A stretch of DNA of 64,000 nt, taken from a virus. Positions 30,001 through 38,782 of the stretch are shown one piece after another; the first letter of the stretch is position 1; every line of letters starts with the position of its first letter. The DNA is taken from positions 44,134 through 108,133 of IMG/VR virus record IMGVR_UViG_3300042503_000209; one strand, 5' to 3'. The notes under the pieces are model-generated. The model was given only the letters and a program-made list of their open reading frames with translations, had not been told where the DNA came from and did no database searches. Both the position numbers and the translations under genes were made by a program.

Positions 30001-33000
30001 ACTAGTTTGTTGACCAGGTAGTAAATAAGCAAAGTTACCACCACCTGTATTTAAATTATCATATGCTCTTAAATCAGCAGCAGTAAATTTTTGATCTTTT
30101 GTACGAAGTCCACGAGAATAAGAACCATTATCTAAACTAACTACAGTTACATATGGATTCTTTCCTTTAATACGTTTAAACTCTTCTTCAATATTTTTTA
30201 AAGATCCACTTACTAAACGAGTCTGTCCATCAGGAGTCTTAAAAATAAAACGTCCACCTGTTGCTACACCAAAAGCTTCATCAGCTTTATCTCCTTTAGG
30301 TAGCACTAAATTAAGCTTTCCTTGTACTTGTTTACCTTGGTCATCAAGTACTGTAACAGCTGGTGAAAAAGCGTTCTTACTAACCTTAGATCCAGCAGCA
30401 ACTTTTTTAATACTTCCTGATGGTTCTCTAATAAAATCTACTACTCTATTAGAAAATACACGACTTACTTGTACATCTTTATTTTCAAAGTCTTTACGTT
30501 GACCAACTTGTATTTTACCATCTGGACTATAAGCTAAATATGTAGCGTTAGCTGGATCATCTTTAGCACTAGCAAAATATGTTTTAGCATTTTCAAAAGG
30601 ATGGAATGCTGTAATAGAAGCAGCTTCTGAATCTATAGGGGTAAAGTCTCCTCTGTTACGTACACCAAAACGTAATGCATCAATATCCATACTTTCTGGT
30701 ATATGGTATTGACGACCACCAGCATCAGGAATAGTATCTCCTGTAACATACATAGGAGCAAAATCATACTTAGGAACTATGATTCTACTCTTAGGATCGT
30801 TAGCCATGTTCTTAATAGCCTGTTGACGGTCTAACCAGTTTTCATACTTTTGAGCCATGTCTGGAGAAAACAAACCTATTGCTTTTTTAGTAACGTCTCT
30901 TGTTATCTCATTAGCTCCTTGTGGAGACATACCCGATGGTCCAAAACTCATGTTGCTAAAATCAAGACCACTTTTATTTACAGCTTCTGAATAAGAATCA
31001 TAAAGATCTGAAAAGAAGTTTGATGTATTATCAATAAATTCTTCATACCAAGGTTTTTCTACTTCAGTTGTAACCTTCTCAGTTTTTACAGCTGGTTTAT
31101 TAGCTGGTATATATGGAAGTAAGTTTTTTTGTTGTGGTCTATAGAAAGAATAAAAATTTGGGTTAGTAAACATATTGTTTTGACCCATTAAATTTTTTAC
31201 ACCAAATCCTGATTCTTGATTCATAGGACTTACTTCTTCTTCAGTATTGTATACCTCAGAAGTAAGCGGACCCAGTATTGGTTTTCTAGTAGCTGGAACA
31301 AAAGGATTGTATTGAGGAAAAGTTAGTGTTGATTTTGGAGTAGCACCAGTTACAGGACGAGTAACTTCAGGTGTAACTTCAGGTGTTATTTGAGTAGTAG
31401 TATTTCGTTTACCAAATCCAAAAGGTAAAGGAATAACCATTTGAGGCTTTAAAGAAAACTTATCATACTTAACTTTAGGTTGTAAAGATACATTTATCTT
31501 TGGAGGAGTTATTCTCATATCTCCATATTCAGGACTAAACGTATAATAATTACCAGGATTAACAGGTCGTTGAGCTGGTGGTGGAGCAGCATTTTGAGCA
31601 GCAGCTTGTCTTGCAGCTCTAGCTTGGTTCTCCATCTCCATTATTCTTTCTACAGATATTGGAGCCTGTGTTGGTTGATAACTTTGTTCTAATAAATCAT
31701 CATTCTCACGAAGTTTATTAAGAAGCTCTGTATTCTTAGCAGCAGAATAATCATAACCTTCTATACCATACTTATCAGCAAGTTCTTTTCTAAATGCTTT
31801 CTTACCAGAATATCCTCTAGTAGCTAAATAATCTACAATACTTGGTCCTTTATATTCTAAACCTTCTTGAGCAAACACTCTAAACATATTGTTTTCTCCA
31901 CCATATCTTTGTTCTTTTTGACCAGCCATATTCATACCAGCATTGTATGCAGCATTAGTTAGAATAAAAGGTATACGTGGATTTTCATAATTTCTATTAC
32001 GTCCAAAAAAAGCATTAGTTCTTCTTTTAGCATAGTCACCAACAACACTAGGAATTCTAGATAAAGGATTACCTTTTACCATGTAAATACTAGGTTGTTC
32101 ATAATATGAAGCCCATGCATTATTTCCAATGTTTTCATCTAATATTTTAGTCATAGGAAAGTTTAAACCTGTCTTTCTATTAACTTCAATAATAGGTTTA
32201 TCTAATGTAGGTTTATAATTATTTAAAAACTCTTCAAAAGACTTTTTAGCGTTATAATCTGTCTGAGCTGCATACGGTAAATCACTTATAATTTGAGAAC
32301 TTATACCATCTCTTTCTAACTGAGCAGCTTTTTGTAAAGATTGAGGATCACCTAGTTTCTTTAAATAGTCAACACGATTTTTTAAATTCTCAGCGTAAGT
32401 AGCTGCACCAGGTATTGTACTTTCTACGTTTTTTGGTAGGGCGTTACTAACCCTTTTACCCATATTACCTGACCAGTTTAATGTTTGAGTTGTACCAGGA
32501 TTAACTACAGTAAATCCTTTTGGAGATCTAGCAGCTTGTGTCCAAAATAATGGAGCTGAGTTTTTACTCATATTTCCATCAAAAGTAAATGCTCCTTTAG
32601 GTAGTGAAGCCATTTCTTGAGACATCATTCTAGACACTTCATCCGCAGGTATATTAAAATATGAGTGACCATATATATCACCTGGTCTTGTACCACTAAG
32701 TTCAAGAGCTCCAGCATTAGCTGCATTTCTTATTCTACCCAAGCCACTAGTCATTCCTGCTGTACCCTTATATGCTTTAGTAGCTCCTTGTAATCCTTTA
32801 GAAACAAAGTTAGCTCCTTGAACACCTTCTGCTACAAAAGGAATAGCTCCTAAACCATGCATTGCTGTATTTAAAAAATCCATTCCACTTAAACTAAATG
32901 GATCAGTTACTCCTTTATATGCTATATTGCCAACACCTTTACCAAACTCTTTTGCTTCATTCATATAGAAAAAAGGATTAACCAAATTTGCAGCTAAATC

Positions 33001-33381
33001 TAAAGAGTTCTTTTTTCCTCTCTCTAAATGATCAGGTATATCTCTTCCTTGAACTTTATAAGCTAAAGCTGTCATAGGATTAGTAGCAATAGACCAAGCT
33101 TTAGAAGCCATGGATTGTGCAGGTTCTGCTTGTCTAATATATCCTTGTCTATCTCTAGCAGCTTGATCTGCAGCACGTTTAGCTAAAACTTGTTTAGCTA
33201 TAGCATCCTTTTGTATTTTTGCTCTAACAACAGCAGGATTAGGTATGTTATCATAGACAGGTCTTTCGTTAACTGGAACTTTAAACATTACTGTACCAGC
33301 CCTCTGCATTTTTGGAAGCCCAGGAAGAATCTTGTGATCTACATCACCTGCATTAATAATATGTTGTAATAACTTATTCAT
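27028..33381 (-). CDS. Multi-module putative cargo polyprotein, 2117 aa: DUF3597-like, M15 peptidase, zincin, Zn ribbon, basic Cys module, GH108-like
   Basis: SIVDYLATRG...KYGIEGY...NTELLNKLR (DUF3597-like). RDIQSQ...SLHNFDAAKD...DVAHIGL (M15). HELTH...EINAR (28435-28449). CSNC...CHKC. GLDRWFAEKWVD...YPACRP. ILKYE...DFIFNAG...RDWYY...WYGR (GH108-like, weak). Confidence 0.75.
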   Translation of the reverse strand: MNKLLQHIINAGDVDHKILPGLPKMQRAGTVMFKVPVNERPVYDNIPNPAVVRAKIQKDAIAKQVLAKRAADQAARDRQGYIRQAEPAQSMASKAWSIATNPMTALAYKVQGRDIPDHLERGKKNSLDLAANLVNPFFYMNEAKEFGKGVGNIAYKGVTDPFSLSGMDFLNTAMHGLGAIPFVAEGVQGANFVSKGLQGATKAYKGTAGMTSGLGRIRNAANAGALELSGTRPGDIYGHSYFNIPADEVSRMMSQEMASLPKGAFTFDGNMSKNSAPLFWTQAARSPKGFTVVNPGTTQTLNWSGNMGKRVSNALPKNVESTIPGAATYAENLKNRVDYLKKLGDPQSLQKAAQLERDGISSQIISDLPYAAQTDYNAKKSFEEFLNNYKPTLDKPIIEVNRKTGLNFPMTKILDENIGNNAWASYYEQPSIYMVKGNPLSRIPSVVGDYAKRRTNAFFGRNRNYENPRIPFILTNAAYNAGMNMAGQKEQRYGGENNMFRVFAQEGLEYKGPSIVDYLATRGYSGKKAFRKELADKYGIEGYDYSAAKNTELLNKLRENDDLLEQSYQPTQAPISVERIMEMENQARAARQAAAQNAAPPPAQRPVNPGNYYTFSPEYGDMRITPPKINVSLQPKVKYDKFSLKPQMVIPLPFGFGKRNTTTQITPEVTPEVTRPVTGATPKSTLTFPQYNPFVPATRKPILGPLTSEVYNTEEEVSPMNQESGFGVKNLMGQNNMFTNPNFYSFYRPQQKNLLPYIPANKPAVKTEKVTTEVEKPWYEEFIDNTSNFFSDLYDSYSEAVNKSGLDFSNMSFGPSGMSPQGANEITRDVTKKAIGLFSPDMAQKYENWLDRQQAIKNMANDPKSRIIVPKYDFAPMYVTGDTIPDAGGRQYHIPESMDIDALRFGVRNRGDFTPIDSEAASITAFHPFENAKTYFASAKDDPANATYLAYSPDGKIQVGQRKDFENKDVQVSRVFSNRVVDFIREPSGSIKKVAAGSKVSKNAFSPAVTVLDDQGKQVQGKLNLVLPKGDKADEAFGVATGGRFIFKTPDGQTRLVSGSLKNIEEEFKRIKGKNPYVTVVSLDNGSYSRGLRTKDQKFTAADLRAYDNLNTGGGNFAYLLPGQQTSRPLAKFAEFEQEATKKLQSLYPGKKVSVGYQNTGLYDKTGGRDIQSQLEIQKKGNSQTPVSLHNFDAAKDYVLYVDGKPIDANVNKKLYKDVLWSAADKTGMYHLEDWDVAHIGLAKEGQKTAFDELKAKYPEIFTNPNFVKSLEYINKNKSNPTYAEYYELLNNIQPFTGQPRITEFEKQKGSAKKQRGGQTDSTLENIFEIIDPTGLSSWDDVYKSYKETGMSPQTELEIFGALPLLGKVGKFGKMMSNASKVGLKARHKIGLDAVSKVIQGVPYAGRGTDAIQAIQQAPNVPFFPSAPPAEVGQFGVYAGMQNYKKQGGPILDPRGQWAHPGKVTRIPGSDITMQGVPYPVLGIGNNGKKQVMYPGKDYNFGGASYVDEYPMMQKGGWSGGGLSRSDLATMAALNKNVNKKKYAHNHDTRITVEDGSLKEGYKDMRNFMQYWLTERAKDPKFTEWANSRLSVLDNLSGKYKTYTNKDIETNENLYNTQAFYTPKDSSLNFNTDYPTSFSAPTQIHELTHKMDYEDNTFYDQPRWFWDANLYSTPSSFISKQVIPKNKNFKTDRYVSTRNEYDYLSTPTEINARLNEFRYQYNLDPKKKYTAEDMKKIINDHNNYKGSFKNFRDELFKSKENSLNSLDDILKIIGNDPQKLADLHNNVVKNKTSYASDAIPQVKNGGLLSKNVSCSNCGWSWKAADGGYDPMTCHKCGGTVKMKSGGQHGGLDRWFAEKWVDVKTGKACGRQEGEKRAGYPACRPSKRVNSQTPKTSSEMSSAEKDKFKRTKTSSERIPYNHKKMQFAGQVSSADSVRNIAGNILKYEELRGGPGGSPLPYYSDPSYMKMLMEKVYPEVKKIMPGASAMEAGEAMDFIFNAGWDKTNNKITKDPRAYALQEYYRQYDPSKLDADGKWSGRKNPAYSFDKEYANTIGKLPENKRRVLMNKGRDWYYRNINNPAPGVPNSDYYDTWYGRIWNTNQYAPFNPNNPKFKYKK

Positions 33382-33384
33382 GTC

Positions 33385-36300
33385 TTACCTAAAAGATTGT
33401 TGTATTTTCTGATTAGATATCTTAAAGATCATTTTTAAATCATTGCTAGTTAGTTTTCTAAGCAACACTTTATTTACATTATGTCTAAACTTCTTACGTT
33501 CTAATACAGGTTTCTGATAGTTTACGTAAGCTGGGTTAATTTGAAACTGATAACCATTAGCTCTTGTATTAAACATAGGTACATTATTACTAGCAAACTC
33601 TCCACGATTTTTAGTTATATCCCAGAACTGATTAAATCTATATTTATTCTCTTCTTTAGAATAATTAATCTTTATAGAAGATGTGCCTACTTGAGGATAA
33701 GATAGCATATCTACTGGATTAACCTTACTCTTTAAAGTCATCTCTAATAAACCAGATACTTGTTCAGAGTTATATATAATAGCTTGATCAAAGTTCTCAT
33801 CTAAGATATGAAATTTATCAGCACATCCATTATGATATTTATAAGTTTCAAGCAAGTATTCTATATTCCTTACAGTTGTAACTGTCTGACCTGTAGACGA
33901 TATAAACTCAACCTCAAACGGATAATCTTTATTATAGAAGTTAGCAAACTTATCACAACGCTGATTATGCTTCCACACCGTATTAGAATTCACACTTAAG
34001 AAATGAGCTCTACCAGGAAGTAAGAATGTAGGAATCCAATCATGGAAAGAAATCCACATCTTGCTTTTAGGATCATAACTTATAGTCCAAGAAGCTTCTT
34101 CAAATGCTTCACTCTTAAATGTGTAATAAGTCTTGGTTCCGTTTATAGTTCTATAAAATCCATTAGAGTCATATGCTAAGTCAGAAAACTTTGGTTTGTA
34201 ATCTTTCTTAGTAATATATAAAATCTCGTGTGTATTGTCATAGATCATCTGTACGCCAACACCAGATACTGGATTATCATATAATGGATAATCTGGAAAA
34301 GCTTTTAGTAACTCACTAGGTAAATACTTAGCAAACCACCATTTCATTCCATTACGAGATATTTCATTTAACCCACCGGCATACTGAAATACTTTACCCT
34401 GGTTCTGACTTACCCAGAATACACCATGTGTAGTACCTACAGAACAATATCTACCTTGGTTTGATCCATACTCATATGAGTCATCAGCATTTACTAAGTT
34501 CTGGAAAGGTTGACTAAACAATCCGCCATCACCAATAGTAATCTTAGTACCTGCATCTGTCTGTAACTGATCTACTCCCATAAACTGTATAGGACTTTGA
34601 TCAGCTAACATGAACAACGCACCGTTTTTATTAACAGACTTAATATTAGATATTCTAGAGCTAAAGTCTTTATAGTTATTAGCTAAGAATACTCTCCAGT
34701 TATCTTTGCTAATCTCATCCTGTTGAGGAAGAGAATAGATTGCACGGTTAGGTCTATATGTATAGCATGTAGAGTAAGTCTCAGGATCATAGTTCCTAGG
34801 AAGTACGTTACCCCATGAAATAAAATTACTGTATAGTTTAGATACACTTAAAGAGTAATCATACTTGTAATAGTTACCGCTTCTAATAATATCACTTCTA
34901 AACATCAAGCTTAGATCAGTAAATGAACTGCTATCATAGTGACGCTTAGATGTTTCGTCTTCCCAATCACGGTAAGCTAAGTTAATCTCAGACTCAACAA
35001 AAAACTCTCTTACACCAGAGTTAAACAAGTAAATATATCCTTGGTGGATATAAAAGAATCTACTTACACTTTTATCTAGGTGATGATGTTCTTTAGCTGA
35101 ACTCTGTAAAAGTTTATATTCTGCTTCAGCAGTATTCATCCAATATCTTGGATAAGGTACATTTATATAGTTTCTATAGTCATAAGCAGTTTCATCTGGG
35201 AAGTCAATCATCCAGTCATTAAAGAATGGCATAGTGTTCTTCTCAGTAAACTTATTGATGTATACATCACCTCCAAATAAAATATCAGAAGTAAACTTAA
35301 CTCCTGTTGCACCATTAGTCTTTCCAACACAGGTAGAAACTGGTACTTGTTTAATAGACTCTAACTGACCATACTGTGCTGGTAAAGGAATTTTAATAGC
35401 ACCATAGTGACATGATATATTTCTTTGAAATCCTTTTCTAGGTTCTACACCAGCATCACTAATAAGCACTCTACTATTATCAACATTCCTAGGGTTTGCA
35501 AAAGTCTTTCCAGATGGAAGTTTAATAACTACAAAGTTTCCTCTGTATAAGTTATTGATTCTAAATCCATTATTAAAACCTTGAACGTTTCCTCCTACAT
35601 ATAAACTATCATCAATTTTTCTTCTTCTGTTACCAGTTTGTGACTGAGTAAACTTATTAAAAAATCCATGAGAGTTATATTGTAAAGCATACTGACGTCT
35701 AGGAATTAAACCATAAACTAAAATTTGTATCTGAGCACTAGTAGTTTCAGTATGTATGTATTTTACTACAACTAGTTGAGCTGCATAACTAAATTGATTA
35801 ATACCATAAGCTATATTATCAACTAAACCTGATACTAATGATCCTGCACCAGGAGCAATTAGATTTGTTATACCTCCAAGAACCGATCCTAATACTGTTT
35901 TCTTTGGTTCAGGTTTTACAGGAGTAACATTAAGTTTAACAGGAAGTTTATCATTACCTGTAAATTCTACAGCACCTGGAGGTAATTCACTAGATATACT
36001 ATTAATAATTCTAACTATTTGTAAAGCTTTATTTATGAATTCTATATCTTTACCAATAAACTTATTTTTAGGATGTCTCCAAGGATGCTCAAAAGCTCCT
36101 TGAGATTTACCATAAACTTCACCATACAGTTTTACTTCCTGTACAGATAAAAATGGTTTAGTAAACGTTGTATCAGGACTATGAAAAGAAAATATATCTT
36201 TTCTATAATCTCTTAAAGGATCTTTCTTACGATTAGTAAATGAACCGTCATTAATGATCTCTTCATTAGAAGTTAAATAGTAGTCATCTGATAAGTCATT

Positions 36301-38427
36301 ATACGGATAGTTCTGGAACAATCCTTGAACACCTACTGTACCCTCTTGAATTGTATACTCACGCATATTGTTAAATACACCTGTAGCTACAATAGTTTTA
36401 TGACCTTCTCTTGTTCCTCTTAATATTTCATATCCAACCACAGAAGCAATTGGCTTACCATCTATACCTAATGGATGTGTAATGTTTTCAAACTGTACAC
36501 CTAAAACAACAATGTTTTGACCATCTGTATTAAAGTGATTAATAATAGGATCTACAGTGGCATCAGGAAACTTATGATGTCTAATAGGTTGACCACACAA
36601 AGCTCCCCATATTTGTGGTTTATTATCAGGATATAATTCTGTAGATTCCCAATAACCCATTTGCCCACTTGCAATAACTTTACCACCATCCGCTAATGTT
36701 CTTGTTGTTAAATTGTCTATTGTTGCTGTGTTTTCTACTTTCCAACGTTGTGGTGTTACACCATCTTCTATTTCAAATACATCTTCTCCTGCAACAGTAG
36801 CTCTATCAGATGCTACAGCAGGTCTACCTGGAATATGATATGAATCAGAACGCTCACCTGTATTGTATACCCATCTAATAAAAAATGCATATTGTTCATC
36901 TCTCATAAAAGAAGGATTGTTTCCTCCCTTTACGTAATATGTAGATGGATACTGTACAGCTACCCACTTCGATCTAATAGCGTTAGCTTGTTGTTGATAG
37001 TTAAATCTAAACTTAGTATATGTACCTACACGTATTAAATAATCAGTTACAGAATATAATGCATCTGATTTTTCAATTGGTTCTGTTCTAAGAACAACCA
37101 TTGTAAGAGGTACAGTAATTAATTCTGGACCTACACTGCTTATATAAATAACTCCTTGACTAGTAGAATAGTAACCAAGACTTTTAGCTACTGTCTGCTG
37201 GTTAATATTAGATATAACTATTAACTCAAACTCGTCAAAGTTTTTATCAATGTCTGTAATAGTCACTTCTAAAGAACCAGATAAGTTCTGATGACTAAAC
37301 AATGACTGCACTTCACTTAAACCAAAGTAGTCAGTCACTTTAACTTGATCTACTGTATACGCTAATGCCACTTGGTAAGAACCATTGGCTAACGTACCAG
37401 CACCTTTACCCTTTTGTAAAGACACGCAAGGATGTTTTACAATACTTGCTAATCTTATCTTTTCACAATCAAGTCTGTCTGAACAGATAGGAGTTGTACA
37501 TCCAATACCATTACTAGTTGGAGATATAACTGTAACATCGTTTAAACTATATGGAGTTGTGGTTGTACTTTGAGATATACATCCACAAGGTATAGAATTT
37601 CCATTATTATCTAATTTTCTAGATATAACAGTTAATGCATCAAGAACTCCTCCTGGAAACTGTTGTTCGTAAGCTTGTTGATCTGTAAGACATAACTCAT
37701 AAGCAGTACGACCAGCTGTAGGAATTGTAATATTAATTATGTGAGTATAACATGGTTCTGCAACACAGGATTGCGTAGTAACCTGCATATCAGAAGCTTT
37801 ATCAAAAGATAAAAACTCAAATACTTCTCCATCAACTAAATATTTAGTCTGAGAAACATAATTAATGTCTTTATATATAATGGTTGTCCTAGCCGTTTTA
37901 GCAGGACAAGTAGCTCCAATAAGTTTATACTTAAAAGGTTGTTGTGCTGTATTTACTGTACTATCTGTACATACATAAGGTATGTCATTAATATTCAGAA
38001 CTCTAGTAGGGTTTAGACCATCGTCCCAATAAAGTAATGTATCACAATCAAATCTTGAACGTGACACACCAGTGATTAAGTTTGTACGTTTAAAGTTTAA
38101 ACATGGATCATTTATAATCTTAGTATAAGAACAAGCTGACTCATCAAAAATTCCAATCTCAGAGTTAAGATCATCTGTAGTAAATACAGCCCATTGATCA
38201 TCCCCAAGATGTACAGTACCAATTAATGTATAAGGAAGTGTAGCACAATATAAATTAGCTGGTTCGTTTCCAATTACTCCCACTTGTCCATCATGTGAGT
38301 TATTAACTGCGTTACGTGCATGCGTATACAATCCCTCACCAACGAAAGTCTCGTTATAGTCTTTAACCATACCCTTATTAAAGGTATTAGTTGTAGCTCC
38401 CGGATTTTGTGATTCTTGTTCAGCCAT
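33385..38427 (-). CDS. Tail muzzle / stabilisation protein (P22 gp10-like, crAss-like), 1680 aa
   Basis: N-terminus NTFNKGMVKD...LYTHARN; beta-propeller-like composition; C-terminal WTISYD...WISFHDWIP. Sits between the ring and cargo genes. Confidence 0.78.
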   Translation of the reverse strand: MAEQESQNPGATTNTFNKGMVKDYNETFVGEGLYTHARNAVNNSHDGQVGVIGNEPANLYCATLPYTLIGTVHLGDDQWAVFTTDDLNSEIGIFDESACSYTKIINDPCLNFKRTNLITGVSRSRFDCDTLLYWDDGLNPTRVLNINDIPYVCTDSTVNTAQQPFKYKLIGATCPAKTARTTIIYKDINYVSQTKYLVDGEVFEFLSFDKASDMQVTTQSCVAEPCYTHIINITIPTAGRTAYELCLTDQQAYEQQFPGGVLDALTVISRKLDNNGNSIPCGCISQSTTTTPYSLNDVTVISPTSNGIGCTTPICSDRLDCEKIRLASIVKHPCVSLQKGKGAGTLANGSYQVALAYTVDQVKVTDYFGLSEVQSLFSHQNLSGSLEVTITDIDKNFDEFELIVISNINQQTVAKSLGYYSTSQGVIYISSVGPELITVPLTMVVLRTEPIEKSDALYSVTDYLIRVGTYTKFRFNYQQQANAIRSKWVAVQYPSTYYVKGGNNPSFMRDEQYAFFIRWVYNTGERSDSYHIPGRPAVASDRATVAGEDVFEIEDGVTPQRWKVENTATIDNLTTRTLADGGKVIASGQMGYWESTELYPDNKPQIWGALCGQPIRHHKFPDATVDPIINHFNTDGQNIVVLGVQFENITHPLGIDGKPIASVVGYEILRGTREGHKTIVATGVFNNMREYTIQEGTVGVQGLFQNYPYNDLSDDYYLTSNEEIINDGSFTNRKKDPLRDYRKDIFSFHSPDTTFTKPFLSVQEVKLYGEVYGKSQGAFEHPWRHPKNKFIGKDIEFINKALQIVRIINSISSELPPGAVEFTGNDKLPVKLNVTPVKPEPKKTVLGSVLGGITNLIAPGAGSLVSGLVDNIAYGINQFSYAAQLVVVKYIHTETTSAQIQILVYGLIPRRQYALQYNSHGFFNKFTQSQTGNRRRKIDDSLYVGGNVQGFNNGFRINNLYRGNFVVIKLPSGKTFANPRNVDNSRVLISDAGVEPRKGFQRNISCHYGAIKIPLPAQYGQLESIKQVPVSTCVGKTNGATGVKFTSDILFGGDVYINKFTEKNTMPFFNDWMIDFPDETAYDYRNYINVPYPRYWMNTAEAEYKLLQSSAKEHHHLDKSVSRFFYIHQGYIYLFNSGVREFFVESEINLAYRDWEDETSKRHYDSSSFTDLSLMFRSDIIRSGNYYKYDYSLSVSKLYSNFISWGNVLPRNYDPETYSTCYTYRPNRAIYSLPQQDEISKDNWRVFLANNYKDFSSRISNIKSVNKNGALFMLADQSPIQFMGVDQLQTDAGTKITIGDGGLFSQPFQNLVNADDSYEYGSNQGRYCSVGTTHGVFWVSQNQGKVFQYAGGLNEISRNGMKWWFAKYLPSELLKAFPDYPLYDNPVSGVGVQMIYDNTHEILYITKKDYKPKFSDLAYDSNGFYRTINGTKTYYTFKSEAFEEASWTISYDPKSKMWISFHDWIPTFLLPGRAHFLSVNSNTVWKHNQRCDKFANFYNKDYPFEVEFISSTGQTVTTVRNIEYLLETYKYHNGCADKFHILDENFDQAIIYNSEQVSGLLEMTLKSKVNPVDMLSYPQVGTSSIKINYSKEENKYRFNQFWDITKNRGEFASNNVPMFNTRANGYQFQINPAYVNYQKPVLERKKFRHNVNKVLLRKLTSNDLKMIFKISNQKIQQSFR

Positions 38428-38779
38428 GTTTTATTTCCAGCTTCTTCTTTTCTAAAAATTTATATACCACTGCGGTTAAATGTCCAGCTAACCATGCTTG
38501 AGCTTCTTCATCTGATATTCCTCTATCTTCTGTCACTCTAACTACAGCGTGAAACATCTCGTGAGCTATTGTGTTATGCGTTAGATATTTAACACCTAGT
38601 AATAAATAGTAAACATCTATATCATGCATAATCAAAGCTCCTTCTGCTTCATCACCAAAATCATCTTTTATTTTGCACTTCTTGTAAATCTTCTCTGCTT
38701 CAGCAGCAACACTGTCAACTATACTTATAATTATCTTACAACTATAAGTAGGTAAATTTATCGTGGTGCTTAGCTTCAT
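38420..38779 (-). CDS. Small zincin-like metalloprotease, 119 aa
   Basis: TIAHEMFHAV...DEEAQAW (HExxH plus distal Glu). Overlaps the start of the muzzle gene by 8 nt. Confidence 0.65.
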   Translation of the reverse strand: MKLSTTINLPTYSCKIIISIVDSVAAEAEKIYKKCKIKDDFGDEAEGALIMHDIDVYYLLLGVKYLTHNTIAHEMFHAVVRVTEDRGISDEEAQAWLAGHLTAVVYKFLEKKKLEIKHG

Positions 38780-38782
38780 ACA

